DNA of 64,000 nucleotides from Lingula anatina (GCA_051362555.1 CM120644.1:5278954-5342953); one strand, 5' to 3'; shown: positions 14,896 to 27,430, counted from the first letter of the stretch. The notes: generated from the letters alone by a model not told the origin. Numbers and translations are program-made.

Positions 14896-17800
14896 CACCG
14901 GTATATAGGATATGGCTCATCGCAAGTCGATATTTACCCGTGCACCATAAATATACGTGATAACTGGTGATATACTTTAGGTATTTCACGCCCTACTGAT
15001 CAGCATCTCAGCGCAAGGTGGGGTTTTAAAGCCAGGGGTCAAGGTAATAGACCCTGCGATCGTGACCCTGTACTCGTGCGACACAAGCGACATCTATGAC
15101 AGTAGCACGTGGCTGCTTGTATACCCGTACGGCATGGGCCAAGTTGAAGTGAACAACACCATAAGTAGCAGACAGGCTGGGGGGTTGATGCATAACATTA
15201 ACACCATACATGAAATTGGTAAGTTACACATTTGCATGTCTGTTTGTTTGTTTGACATTTCCCTAACTGGAAAAGTTTTGAATTTTGACGAAAATTTCAG
15301 GATAGGTCATTATATAGCCTAGCTTAAAAGTGACCAAAAGTGGCCATCCATGACTATATAATTAAATATTATTAGTTATCAAATAAAGTTTGTAAGTAAC
15401 ATTGTTCAATAGGCTCTGGTATTTGCTTGCTTAAAGTAGTTATTAATTAAAAGGTTAAGTATCCGTTTATGGATAAGTAAAAAAAATTGAAGTAAATAAA
15501 TCAAATTGTATACTGTTATAAATGATACAGTTTTGATACTGTTATAAGGGATTTAGCTGATAGATTAGTACATAGTACTTATAAAAATGAGATTTAAATT
15601 TCCTTGGAGGCAGTCTCTCTGAGTGTTTTTCTAAGGTTTTAGGTTATTTGTTTTCAGGCAACTACCTTTTTATGTTAGCCTCTGTTGCGGAACTGGAGGA
15701 CATCTTTGAATACATGAACGAATCCCAAGAAACACAAACTATAGAGAGAGTAACGAGACCCGAGGCAGAAGAATTTATACCAGATCCTAACCTTGTGGAA
15801 TCTCTGATCAACTATACATTTTCAAATGATAACTTCACTCTCAGTGGATCAGCTGTCAACGTGTCAGAATCCCCTGAACTGAGCGGAACTGTTCCAGGTG
15901 TTGGAGCTCACAACTTTGTACCGGAAGGAGAAAAAGTGCTGGTTTTTACGGGTAATTTGCCTCGTGCAATTTGCATTTTAGAGTTTACTGAAAACTACAT
16001 GTAAAGGTTATTAAGATAGCGGCAGAGGGATTTTGTTTATAAATCCTAAATTCTTAATGAAAGCACTGTTTACTTATATCCTGGGTGTGTATACATACCT
16101 GTGTCAAGCCTTGTTTGAAAACGTCATATTTTAGGCTTATGAAAAGATTAAGGTTCATTGCCTTCAAGTTAACCATGAACTTCGATTTTATTCATAATTA
16201 CTGAAAATGATAACATAAAGACAGTTGTTTAACCAAAGACGTTTAAAATATGGCTTTCTCGGGTCCTTCCATTTATTTGGGGATTGTAAACATTGTGACA
16301 TAACTTTCAATTAAAAACAGAGCTAGCTTATTAATTCTAGGACAGAACGTGTGGAAGTGCGCTGGCCACAGGTACAGGGACAGTGAGGGCAATGAGCACG
16401 TGACGTACTATCTTGTGATACCAAGTGACCAGAGTCAAGGTGCTAGTGAGGGTGACATCTTGGTGGGCTCTGAAAGCAGGGGATTTCTGGAAACTGTGAC
16501 CAACATCGACCAAATAGGTGGGAACTTCTTTGTGCATTCCGATCTACTGTTTTGTGGAGACCTGGAGGAAAATGCAATAGAACTCACGTGAGGTTTTGTT
16601 TTGTTACGGACTGTGAAATAATGTTGTAATACCTTTCAAAGTCCTCATTTCCATGCAGATGAAGTTTTTTTCATCCCTGGTAAATCTCAGTTAATTTTTC
16701 TATAGCTAATGGCAATTGAAACTTTATTCGTATATTGAAAAGCCATAGGTAATGAAACTGCTTACTTACAGCATAAGGCGCTTAGTTCCAAAGTGCTAAA
16801 TTAGTTTGACAAAATCTACCAAAATATGTGAAGAGCAAAGCACAACTTTACATTCTGTTTCCAAGTATTGTATAGGGTTGGTCGAAGCTTTTCCTGATGA
16901 ATATAAACACCACAGCAAAAAAATGTTTGGCTTCCTTAAATTCTCACGCAAAGGAAATAAATGGTTTTGTTCTAGTGTCACCGATATCGACATGCCGGAA
17001 TCTGCAATGTTTTGTCAAGGCGGTGACGGGATGCCAGGACTTCACATAAATAATCAATCAGCTGCCGTCAATAACGGTGATATCATTGCCGGAAGGCCAT
17101 CTGGCGCATATGCTGCAAAGGTATATTATATGTATCGTATTAATACGTTAAATAGAAGGGAACCCAGCAGGCATAGTCGCGTTGGATCAACGTTGAAAAC
17201 AATGGGGTTGATATAACATTGTTTTCTGACGTTGATACAACGTTGTTATCTGAGGATGACATAACTTTCAAATCCAATGTTAATCCAATGTCTTCTCAAC
17301 GTTATGGTTCAACGTTGTTTCAACATTAAAACAACATAATTTGCCCGCTGGGGAAACATCAAATATATACAGACATATTATACAGATGATTTAGTTTTTG
17401 CTTAAAGATTTTTGTAATAATCTCTTAAGGGGTACACTTTGTAATAATCTCTTAAGAGATTATTACAGAGTGTAGCCATGGAGGTCACGTGATGTCATAG
17501 CAAGCACAAATTCCAAAATGATTGTGATAACCGCCGTTTTGGGGGCAAAATGTAATCTATTGTATTTCTTTGAGTTATTTACAATGCATTTATTGTGAAA
17601 TATGGATATTGTTTTATCCATTTAAAATTTTGGAAAACAATATTTTTTTACCAAATATGTGCATACATGTTTTCTTGTATTTTAAGCATTTCCATAAATT
17701 GTTTCTACGTTCTATTTCTAAGTACATTATTCCTAGATACGGAAACGTTTTACAGGCAATCAGATGCAACGTATCGGGTATCTATACTGTTTGTGAAGTG

Positions 17801-20800
17801 ACGCCCATTTTGGAAATTGGCAACAATGAAACAATATTAGCCAGCTCCAACCTTCCAACAGCAAAGGGTAACCGAGTAAAAAGAGGGACCTACACCTTTA
17901 CACCCGCTGATTTCACCAAAGTCTTTTCAGCTACTCTGGGACAAATCAAGGTGAAAAGCCACGGAGAAAATATGCATGTGCTAAAACTGTACAGGATGTA
18001 GTTAAATATTGTTGGAAAGGGCGTACATTTTGTTTTTCACAGTTATAGAGGTTGAATTACAAAGTCAGCATTATTATTTGTCCAATTATTTTTCTTGAAC
18101 ACAATTTGTAAAAGTAGCTTCATGTAAATTTTGAAAAAAATCCACATCGTTTATAGCCAATGATTTTTACAAACGTTTCAGTTTCCCTGCGGGAAGTTTA
18201 CTGCGACTGCCGCAGCGACGTTTAAGGCATCATTGACTACCAGTCTGACTACGAAGTGGTCTGCTCCTTTTATTAAAAGGGTCCGTGCTGCAGTCTCTGC
18301 CTCTTTGACGTTAACTTTAACGTTGAGACTTGACATTGCATGCAGGTAAGAGACTATCAAATTTGGCATTGAAGGATAACAGCTGGCGATATGTACACGG
18401 GTGTTCACTGTCATAGCGCTGGATCATCTCTACAAGAACCGTGTGATGAAAGGCAATCATCATATAACTGAGCTGCGTTTTATCCAGTAATTTTTACTTA
18501 AAGTGAAACTATTTGCAATTGAGCTTTCCGCATGACGTAAGTGGGAGCTGCTTAGGGTTGAACGGTAGACGGTAAAGGTATTTTTTTCTGTGAAGAGTGG
18601 TTTGATACCTACTGGCCGTAGCGCACCTTTTGTTGTGAATCATATAATTAAGACATTATCACAACACACGTCATATTCTTACCTTCTTCACAATATTGGC
18701 ACCAATTTCAAAAAATTAGATACTTTTATTCCGTGTACCGAGGAGTATGACGGTTGTCTTGGTGGTGTGGAGACCCACTGAGCTTATGCTAATACACGAT
18801 TGTTATTTCATCGGATTTTTAACCGAAGAAGAAATTTTAACCATCGTTTCAGTCAATTGGCAAAAAATGCATTCAGACCATGATTAGCGGGTAATCATGG
18901 CTCATCTGAACAAGAGAAATGTACACTTATACCCCTTATTATTAACATTTTTACGATAATAACTCTTAAAAAGAATAAATAAGAAGTTAGTTCTATAAAC
19001 AAGCTTGTCTTGCTATTTCAGTTATACATTATCGGGCCCTGACAACCCGAAGTATAACCATCCAATCGACAACAAAGTCATCGTACCATTCTGTATACCT
19101 ATATTTTGGGGTATATGCATTCCTGCTGCCGTTGTTGCCGATTTGACTGTGGGATACACGTTCACTGCTCAGGTAAGTTGTTTGAGGATGAGATCATATA
19201 TATCTATCCGTATGTTAGTATATCAGTTATTTTTTTTCTTGTTTAACCCCCACTTTACCGTTTAACACTTTTGGTTGTTAATGCCTTACCGCAGGACTTG
19301 GAGAGTATAATGTTTTTGGTTCAAAACTCGTTTTCAGGCCAAAGGATTTGTGTCACTTACATTGGAACGCACAGGCAGTCTCAGCGCCTCTGCCCAGTGG
19401 GATGACTCTAGTGGCATGTCTTTCTCTGGTCCAACAGTAAGTTATGGTTTAACAGTGTTAATGTACACTGCATAGGCACTATTGTTCAATGGGTTGTCCC
19501 ACCTTCATGTAATCCCATGTACTTTTATTGTAAACAAATTAGCACTTGACAGCTGTAAAGCATTTTGAAATTAATATATTTATGTTTGTCATACAAGTAC
19601 GTATGCCACAGCTGACATGACTCAAGGTAAGTCAAACCAAAGACCCTTTAACAAGGTATAAAATAAATATTCCCATCACCAAGATTCTGTTCACTTATTT
19701 GAGTGACATATGGGTTTTGTTGTTTTTTACATATTTATGTTACTTCATGTCGAGTAAGGGACTTGTTTCATTAAGTCATGCACATGTATAGCAGGTATAG
19801 AACGAAAACAAAAAATGCACATGCTTTGAAATAATTCATTACGTCAGTTTTTGCAGAACCATAATATCGCAAGAATTTCATGCCATACATTCAGTTTATG
19901 TCCTGTAAAACATTGATAAATTTGATTAATTAGGGTGTATGTAACCTCTGAAACGTACCACACAAGGATGATTTTTGTATTGTTCTTACCATTCTTGTGT
20001 TACCTTCCCAAGTTTTCGTTGACCCCGATGACCAAAAACTTCAATGGTGGGCTGGAAAATGACGAGACCTTTGTCCGAGCACAACTTACGATAACCCCAG
20101 CGTTGAAAGTACATGTTCCAAACATGGCTAAAATTGAGCGCATCATACGAGCCGCATCTTGGTGGATCAGATGGTGGTTGAAAGATCTGTTTGGGGAAGG
20201 AGCATCAATAAGTAAGTTATGTTTTTGGGATTTTTGTTTTAAGTATTTGTGAGTCAATTAATTGAATTTGTGACTGTATTTTTTATTTTGCAAAATAAAT
20301 AAAAATAAAATATGTTTGCTAAGATGTTAAAAATTTATTAACATATTAAATTATCATATAGTTTACAATGTGCAATGCTACATTAGTTTTGGTTAAAATA
20401 TGCTGACTGCCACCTTTGCACATTTAATATTTATATTTTATATAGACTTGACATTTAATATGATATATTATTTCCAAATCATTTTTATCAGTTTTTTCCT
20501 GTTTTGTTGACTGGTAAATGAAAATAATGATTAAAACCGTGTTTTAATCATTTTTAATTATCTCTTTGATGCCATTGTGACATCAGTTCATTAATTGAAT
20601 TCGCCAGTGAAGCAAACAAAAATACATTGCCCATTCTATGTCATACAACAACCATTAAAAGTGATATTTTGGATCTCCATATTTTCCAAATTATCGTCTG
20701 TAAAAGAGTTACACGCCCCAGAAAGGACCCTCATGACAGTGTTTAGTCATAGCAACGGTTGCTGTTACGCCTGAGATTTTCTGGCTACTACCAGGGCTCT

Positions 20801-23800
20801 CAAACGACAAGGTATTCTTTGGGATAGGTTTTTAGAGTTCAATCTGGAATAAAATTCCAGGCATTGGTCAAAACTTGTCCAATTTGATCCAATTGTGTTG
20901 TAGGACATGTAGATCGTTGATTCGGCTGGTAATGGCCTACCCACATATTGTCTATGTGGTTCAAATATGGCGATTTTGATTACCAAGGTAGCTTCTCATC
21001 CCCTTGGTTCTGTAAGTTATCTGCTATTAAAAGTGCTCTTTGTGAACCGGTACTCTCACACTGCAACCTTAAATTGTTCCTAATGTGCTCCCTATCAAAT
21101 GATAGTCAAGTGGTTCACAGATTGTTCCCTTATTTGATCTGGTTCAGGTTTTCATCGATGACTGCTTTTGGTGTTTTGGCACCAATGTGGTATCCATTCC
21201 AGATACTGACGCTGACAATGACCCTAGTCACTTTAGACTCGGCACACTCTTCGTCGTAGGCCTCTTCTGGATGTCTGTAAACTCTGTTTTGACTAGTTAA
21301 GCGGTACAGGTGAAATCTGACCTCAATAAAGAAAGCCATGCGGTTTCAGTGTTCTACCCAGAAACGGTCATGTTCCCCAATTCAATAAATAAAAATACGA
21401 CGATGTTTTGCCGTTTACAGTGGGTTCCTAGGAGGTCGTCTGGTATTCTAACCTGCTAAAACCAGTTTGGTGTTCCCCGAGGGCCTTGCCTTAAAAAACG
21501 CCCTTTGGTGGCAATTTACCCCTCAATCTGAACGGACTGGGTGGTTTTTGTTCAGTTGCAGTAGCATATCCAGAATAACAGTAAGTCTTGTGCCCCGGTG
21601 GTAAGATGTCGATACATTGGGCGTGGCCTCTGTGTAGGTACATCAGACTGGGCATGTCTCTATAAAAATGTGCAGACCATTCCGTTTGACACAATAATCT
21701 GTTTGGCAATGTCTGTCTTTTTCTCGCCATTCTGGCACAGATAAACAATTTTGTAAAAGACTGCTTAACTCATTTTACGCACTGCAAAATCGACTGCTTG
21801 CATGCAAAATTTCAAATTCTACGATGCAGTATACGTTTGCAACTGAAATATTCCATATTAAATGTCAAGTCTGTATATGTTACATTTTTAATTGATATTC
21901 AGACTGAGGCACATACACTTGTGTGTTTTGAAAAATAAATAATATAGAAAAGAACCCATCTCTTCGTTGTATCAGACTTAGATCCGATCCTTGAGTTCGT
22001 CCTATCAGCACCACTAATTGGCAGAGCAGAGGCCGTTGCATGCCCTAGTGACTGCGAGAATTACCCTAAGGAAAATATTAAAGTGGCAGCTCACGCGGGA
22101 CTTCCCGAGACTTACGACGGAGACCTGTACATCCGGGTACCATTGACAAATTTAGAAAAACATTGGAACCTGTTTAGCGTTGAGGGAAACCAATTTGACA
22201 AGAGGTAAGTTCGTGACATTTGATATTTGGAGTAGAAAATATTAACATTCCGGGTAAAGGAAGTGTACATCCGAGTACCTCTTACAAAATTTGTAAAGAC
22301 GTATAAACTGTTTAAAATGAAAGGAAACCATTTTGATGGCAGGTGAGCACCAACGTCTGTTGACAACGCATGGTTTTATCTTTTATAGTTGGAAATTCTA
22401 AGACGATCGTTGCTGTGATTCAGATACTTAAAAACATTTTGGTGACTAATATTTGCAAAAACAGTATAGCTTTGGTATTTTCTGTTGCTTAAGAAGCAGA
22501 ACCTACATCCTGGGTAAAGAGCACCTATTTCTGCTTTTTTTAGTTTTTATTTTATTCAGTAGCGTAAAATATCATTGGTTACAATTTAAATGCTGCTTGA
22601 CTTTAAATGTGCCGTTTTATATAGAAGATAATAGCCAATGGTTTATACATTGTCAGACACAACAAAAACATGACTTCATTTGAATATTTTCTTCAGAACG
22701 TATAATTCAAATTAAAACATTCGTATATTTTCTGCATATACCACATGTACCGGTACCTCGTTCGTCCCATTAGTTCGCCTTACAAACCATCTAACTTAAA
22801 CCATCGATACATAACTTTTGTTACAGTAAGTGCCTGGAGTGGAATCCCTTTCCGCCATGTGTTGGGACGACGACACCAGCCATAACTACCACAACACTTG
22901 ATGACACCCCTTATAAGACAACTCCCCTATCACCTACTGCTATAACAAACGGTACCACACCCACTGCTATAGCAACCACTCCCACACCCAGTGATATAAT
23001 AAACACTACCACACCCAGTGATATAACAAACACTACCACACCCACTGATATCACAAACACTACCACACCCATGAATATAACAACCACTCCCACACCCACT
23101 GCTATAACAAATACTTCCACACCCAGTGATATAACAAACACTTCCGCACCCATTGATATAACAAACACTTCCGCACCCATTGATAAAACAAACACTACCA
23201 CACCTGTCGATGGACCACCAAGCACGGCGTCATCAATACTCGAAGGTGACCCTCACTTGATTACTTTTGACGGGGCTTGGCTTACCTATAACGGGACTTG
23301 CCGTTATCTTTTAACAGGGCTGTGTCCCATTTACAAGGTAGGACTTCCTCCCTTCCTCCTCCTTCTAGTACTTTGCCACCTTCCGTTTCACTATGTTGCT
23401 GCTTCTATGTGTTTTGTATTATTATTTTATTTTAATATTCTTTTTTTTTAATATTGACATCCCATTTTTTTTGCTGTTCGGTGATTTATTTGCAGGATTT
23501 GCTGTCTGTTGATAACGAAACAAGAGCTGATATTGGAGAAACATGTTTTTTTTTTTTTTTTTTTTTTTTGACGTTCTAAATATCACATAGTTTCCAGTTC
23601 ATCCTCAAGGAGAAAAATAACATTGCGTACTTGTACACGTTGTATTTGCTTAAAGGGAAAGACCACCACCTCAGAACTTTTATATTTATTGTTGTTTTTT
23701 TTTCTTTTTACTTTTAACTTTGACCCTGATGTGTCTAAAACGTTTTATTTTCGGCTTATGGTTGATAGTAGACGGGTGCCGTCAATGGTATTATTCAGAT

Positions 23801-24351
23801 ATTATCCAGTTTTGCTTTATGCATGTATGTATCACAGCGGGACGAATATTACAAATGTCATTGTTTTCGCTCACCCTTGTAAATATGAAACCTATATCCA
23901 GGAGAATCACCATAACGCATATTAACAATTAATTTAAGTGTTACTTTGTATTCGTTTACTTAGGATTCAGTATTGCATATTTTTCGATGGACAGAGCGGT
24001 GCCAGGAAAGTCAGTGACGTCACATGTCAATATTTACCTCGGGTGACGAAGGAGGCGAGCATAAATATGCCAAGATAACCAGTAATAATTTAACTCAAAA
24101 CATATGGTTAAATCTAATTTGATGGCTTTTCCCTTTGAAGTGCACTCACTGTACAATCTTTACTAGGGTGACGTCGAATACTTCTCCCTGAGCGGAAGAA
24201 ACATCCTGAGAGGCGAGGTGACGTATGTGGAAGATGTCCTGCTGACTGTATACGGACATCGACTTTACCTGTCACACGAGGGGGTAGTCACAGTAGGTTT
24301 TAAGTTTTAAGATACGTTTGTTCATTTTGCATAGCTGAGTTGCAAAAAAAG

Positions 24352-24418
<67 letters not shown>

Positions 24419-25080
24419 AATGTGATTAAGTGGTACAAAAACATGGAAAGTAAGATAAATACTGTTAAGGCCAAAGAGATGCAACACATTCAGATTGCGT
24501 GTTTAAAGCACCACCGTTATTTTACAGATTGATGGAGAAGAAATAAATCTGCCTTACTGGAACGGTCATATAAATATAACAAAGACTGTACTCAAGTATG
24601 AACCGGTGCTGCGTCTGGAGACGGACGCCTCGATAAACTTTACGCTTACAATCCGTCACCCAAGGAGGGATGGTAAACATCAACTGAGGATGCAGATCCC
24701 CTGGACATATAGAGGAAAACTGTGTGGCCTGGCTCAGAATTTTAATGGCGACCCTTCTGATGACTACCGCCTATGTGACGGACAGGATGTCAGCCATATT
24801 GCGCCTTATCAAGTACGGGACCAGAAAATAGCAGACAGCTGTCGTATTTGGGACGAGATAGATGGTCTAAGGTGAGAGTGGTAGATACTTTTTTATATTT
24901 TTTCAGCCGTAGGGTAATTTTAACTAGATTTATGAATGCGGTGGGTTAGTATGAATAACCAGACTTAAAGCATCCCTGTTTATGTTTTAATATATACTGT
25001 CTGATACCCTCAGATAAAAAAGAGAAAAAGTTACGTGTTTATAAACTTTATCTTTCAGCCCCAATTGCAAGACGACTTAA
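10720..25080 (+). CDS. Gene B: uncharacterised secreted glycoprotein (~1003 aa) with short Thr-rich stalk and C-terminal GDPH-type von Willebrand D domain
   Basis: Exons 10720-10767, 14981-15218, 15658-15951, 16341-16587, 16976-17120, 17756-17950, 18182-18345, 19022-19172, 19338-19436, 20013-20211, 21976-22204, 22827-23337, 24167-24292, 24528-24871, 25059-25080. All are GT-AG and phase-compatible, summing to 3012 nt. Signal peptide MIAITCKHRKMLSYLWVFHALLISISAQG; VWD motifs GDPHLITFDG..Y.GTCRYLL and GKLCGLAQNFNGDPSDD. Confidence 0.9.
12266..14337. mobile_element. TA-flanked TIR DNA transposon relic (Tc1/mariner/pogo-like termini) in gene B intron 1
   Basis: TCGGCTGTTTCACAATCAGGG (12267) is inverted with CCCTGATTGTGAAACAGCCGACTG (to 14337). 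The interior has repeated GGTACGGACACTACA motifs and a Lys-rich decayed minus-strand coding remnant (~12650-13130). Confidence 0.75.
14824..14894. repeat. (TA)n microsatellite
   Basis: Pure TA run. Confidence 0.98.
17163..17353 (+). mobile_element. MITE (CCCAGC...GCTGGGG termini, 2-bp TSD AA), internally deleted relative of 56664-57400
   Basis: TIR CCCAGCAGGCA/TGCCCGCTGGG with many CAACGTTG palindromes. Both ends align in reverse orientation to the longer copy. Confidence 0.85.
20443..21873 (-). mobile_element. Degenerate Tc1/mariner element (family 1, copy 2) in gene B intron 10
   Basis: TIRs AGACTTGACATTTAATATG / CATATTAAATGTCAAGTCTG followed by TA. Colinear with 8992-10326; transposase fragments such as 'FFIEVRFHLYR' on the minus strand. 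Confidence 0.88.
22264..22342 (+). pseudogene. Orphan 3' half of a gene-A-type exon 11 inside gene B intron 11
   Basis: Nearly identical to 21-99 (YIRVPLTKFVKTYKLF.MKGNHFDGR) including donor GTGAGC, but no frame-compatible acceptor was found. Confidence 0.85.
24354..24415. repeat. (TA)n microsatellite
   Basis: Pure TA run in gene B intron 13. Confidence 0.98.
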
Positions 25081-26537
25081 GTAGTAGCAGTTGGATGTAC
25101 CAAACTGGAGCCGTAGTCGGAGTTACCTGTACATCTTTTCAAAGATAAATCGCCAGTGTTTGACGCTCTGCTTTGTTATTTACCCAGGGTGATTTCCCAA
25201 AGATAAGACTTAGATAAATTAGTTGTCGTCATTGCAATTATACTCCTTTATATACTATTGTATTGAACTGACAATTGCTGTGAATTAAAAAAACTGTAGC
25301 AAATATTTCAATTGATAATTTTTAGGATGGAGCAGTTGAATTTTCAAAATAATATTCTGTTGGTGAGTTAAACACTTTTTGTTCTGTTAATCACCTACAT
25401 AAAAAGGCAACATTTCACATCAGTATTGTCTTTGGTGAGCAAAAATGGATAGCTTTATATAACATAACTGAAATTTCAAAGTGGGATAGGTTTATATCAT
25501 ATAACTGAAATATCTAAGTGGGATAGGTCTATATTATATAACTGAAATATCAAAGTGGGAGAGTTTTATATCTTGTAACTGAAATATGGGACAAGTCTAT
25601 ATTAAATAACTAAAATGTTAAAGTGGGCTAGGTTTATATCCTATAAATTAAATATCAAGTGGTATAGGTCTGTATCGTATAACTGAAATATCAAAGTAGG
25701 ATAGATAAATGAGTTGTCACCACAATATCAAAACGGAAAAGATATCTATGTTATAAGTAAATACCGATTTGGGATATGTTTGAAATGTTTCAAATAAATT
25801 GGTGATAATTAGATGTTGTCTTCAATCTTTTTTAATTATTTTACTGACACCTAGCGTTACAAAATAAGGTGATTGGATAGAATTTTCAGCGTAAATATGC
25901 GAAGAATTCGTTTAATAAATTTTGCTCATGACCAAGTCACGATATTTATTTTGGGCCATAATTTAGAATTAAAGTCTGTCGTTAAACATTTAGACAGGGC
26001 ACTACAAGATGTCACCAAGGTGGTTCTAGTGTCACAAACGTGGCACCTGACAGTAGTGTATTTAATCCGATATTGGCACAATTGATACCGTGCTGGTAAC
26101 ACTAACAGGGTATTTACTGCTGGTGGACACTGCACAGTACCTTGTGTTAATACCATCGCGTAGTTTCACACATACTCACAATGGATTATGTACAGTAATT
26201 ATACTTAAAAATTTAATAGCTCTTAGGGACAAAGTTTTCCAAATGATTGTACAGCGTTCTGCTGTGATAGTAATCGTACTTCACACACAAATACATGGAA
26301 GTGTTTGTGTTGCGTTTAAGTTGATGTATGCATTTGGGCTATATAAATGGACACATTTATGTTTTATGTTGGTAATTTTACGTATAAACACGTTTAAGCT
26401 CCCGTTTATTGCAAATAAATAAATAAATAATAATAATAATACAAAAAGAAAGAAAAATAATTAAGATGCCATTAAAATACGCGTGTCACGGTATATCTAA
26501 AATCTGCACTACGTACGCATTTCATTTTAACCATATA

Positions 26538-27430
26538 CAGATTTGACATTTAATATGGAATATTTTTTTCCAAATCATAATTCATCAGTTTTTTTCCTAT
26601 TTTTCAGACTGATAAATGAATATACGGATTAAAATCGTGTTTTAATATCTTTTGAAAATCTATCCGATGTCATTGTGACATCAGTTCATTAATTGAATTC
26701 GCCCGTGAAGCAAACAAAAATACATTGCCTATTTTAAGTCATACAACTATAGAACGCGATATTTTGAATCTCCGTTTTTCCAAATTATCGTCTTCAAAAG
26801 TGTTCCACGCCCCACAAAGGCCCCTTATGTTAGTTTCGGCGACTAATGACCTACCCACATATTGTCTATGTGGTTCAAATATGGCGATTTTGATGACTAA
26901 TGTAGCTGTTCATTCCCTTGGTTCTGTAAGTTATCTGCTATTAAAAGTGCTCTGTGTGAACCGGCAATCTGATCGGGCAACCTAAAATTGTTCCTTAGGT
27001 GCCCCCCATCAGATGATGGTCAACTGGTTCCCAGATTATTCCTTTATTTGGTCTGGTTCAGGTTTCCATCAATGACTTCCATTGGTGTTTTGGCACCAAT
27101 GTGGTATCCACTCCAAATATGGACGCTGTCAATGACCCTAGTCACTTCAGAAGCGGCACACGTCTTGTCGTAGGCCTCTTCAAGATGTATGTAAACTCTG
27201 TTTTGGCCAATTTAGCGGTAGAGGTGAAATCTGACCTCAATAAAGAAAACACCGCGGTTTCAATGTCCTACCCGGAAAATGTCATAGTCCCCAAATCATT
27301 ATAGAAACAGACTACGCTGTTTTGCTGTTTACAGTGACTTCCTCAGAGGTGGCCTGGTATTCTAACCTGCTAAAACCAGTTTGGTGTTCGCTAAGAGCCT
27401 TGAAAAACGCGTTTTGGTGACAATTTGCCA
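26538..27430 (-). mobile_element. Truncated Tc1/mariner element (family 1, copy 3)
   Basis: TA+CAGATTTGACATTTAATATGGAATATT TIR; colinear with 20443-21510 apart from an internal deletion. The other end is replaced by the repeat array starting ~27430. Confidence 0.82.

Noticed and set aside
22264-22342. Mutually exclusive alternative exon 11 in gene B
   Set aside because: Only half the exon is present, no frame-compatible acceptor was found, and read-through from exon 11 hits TAA immediately.
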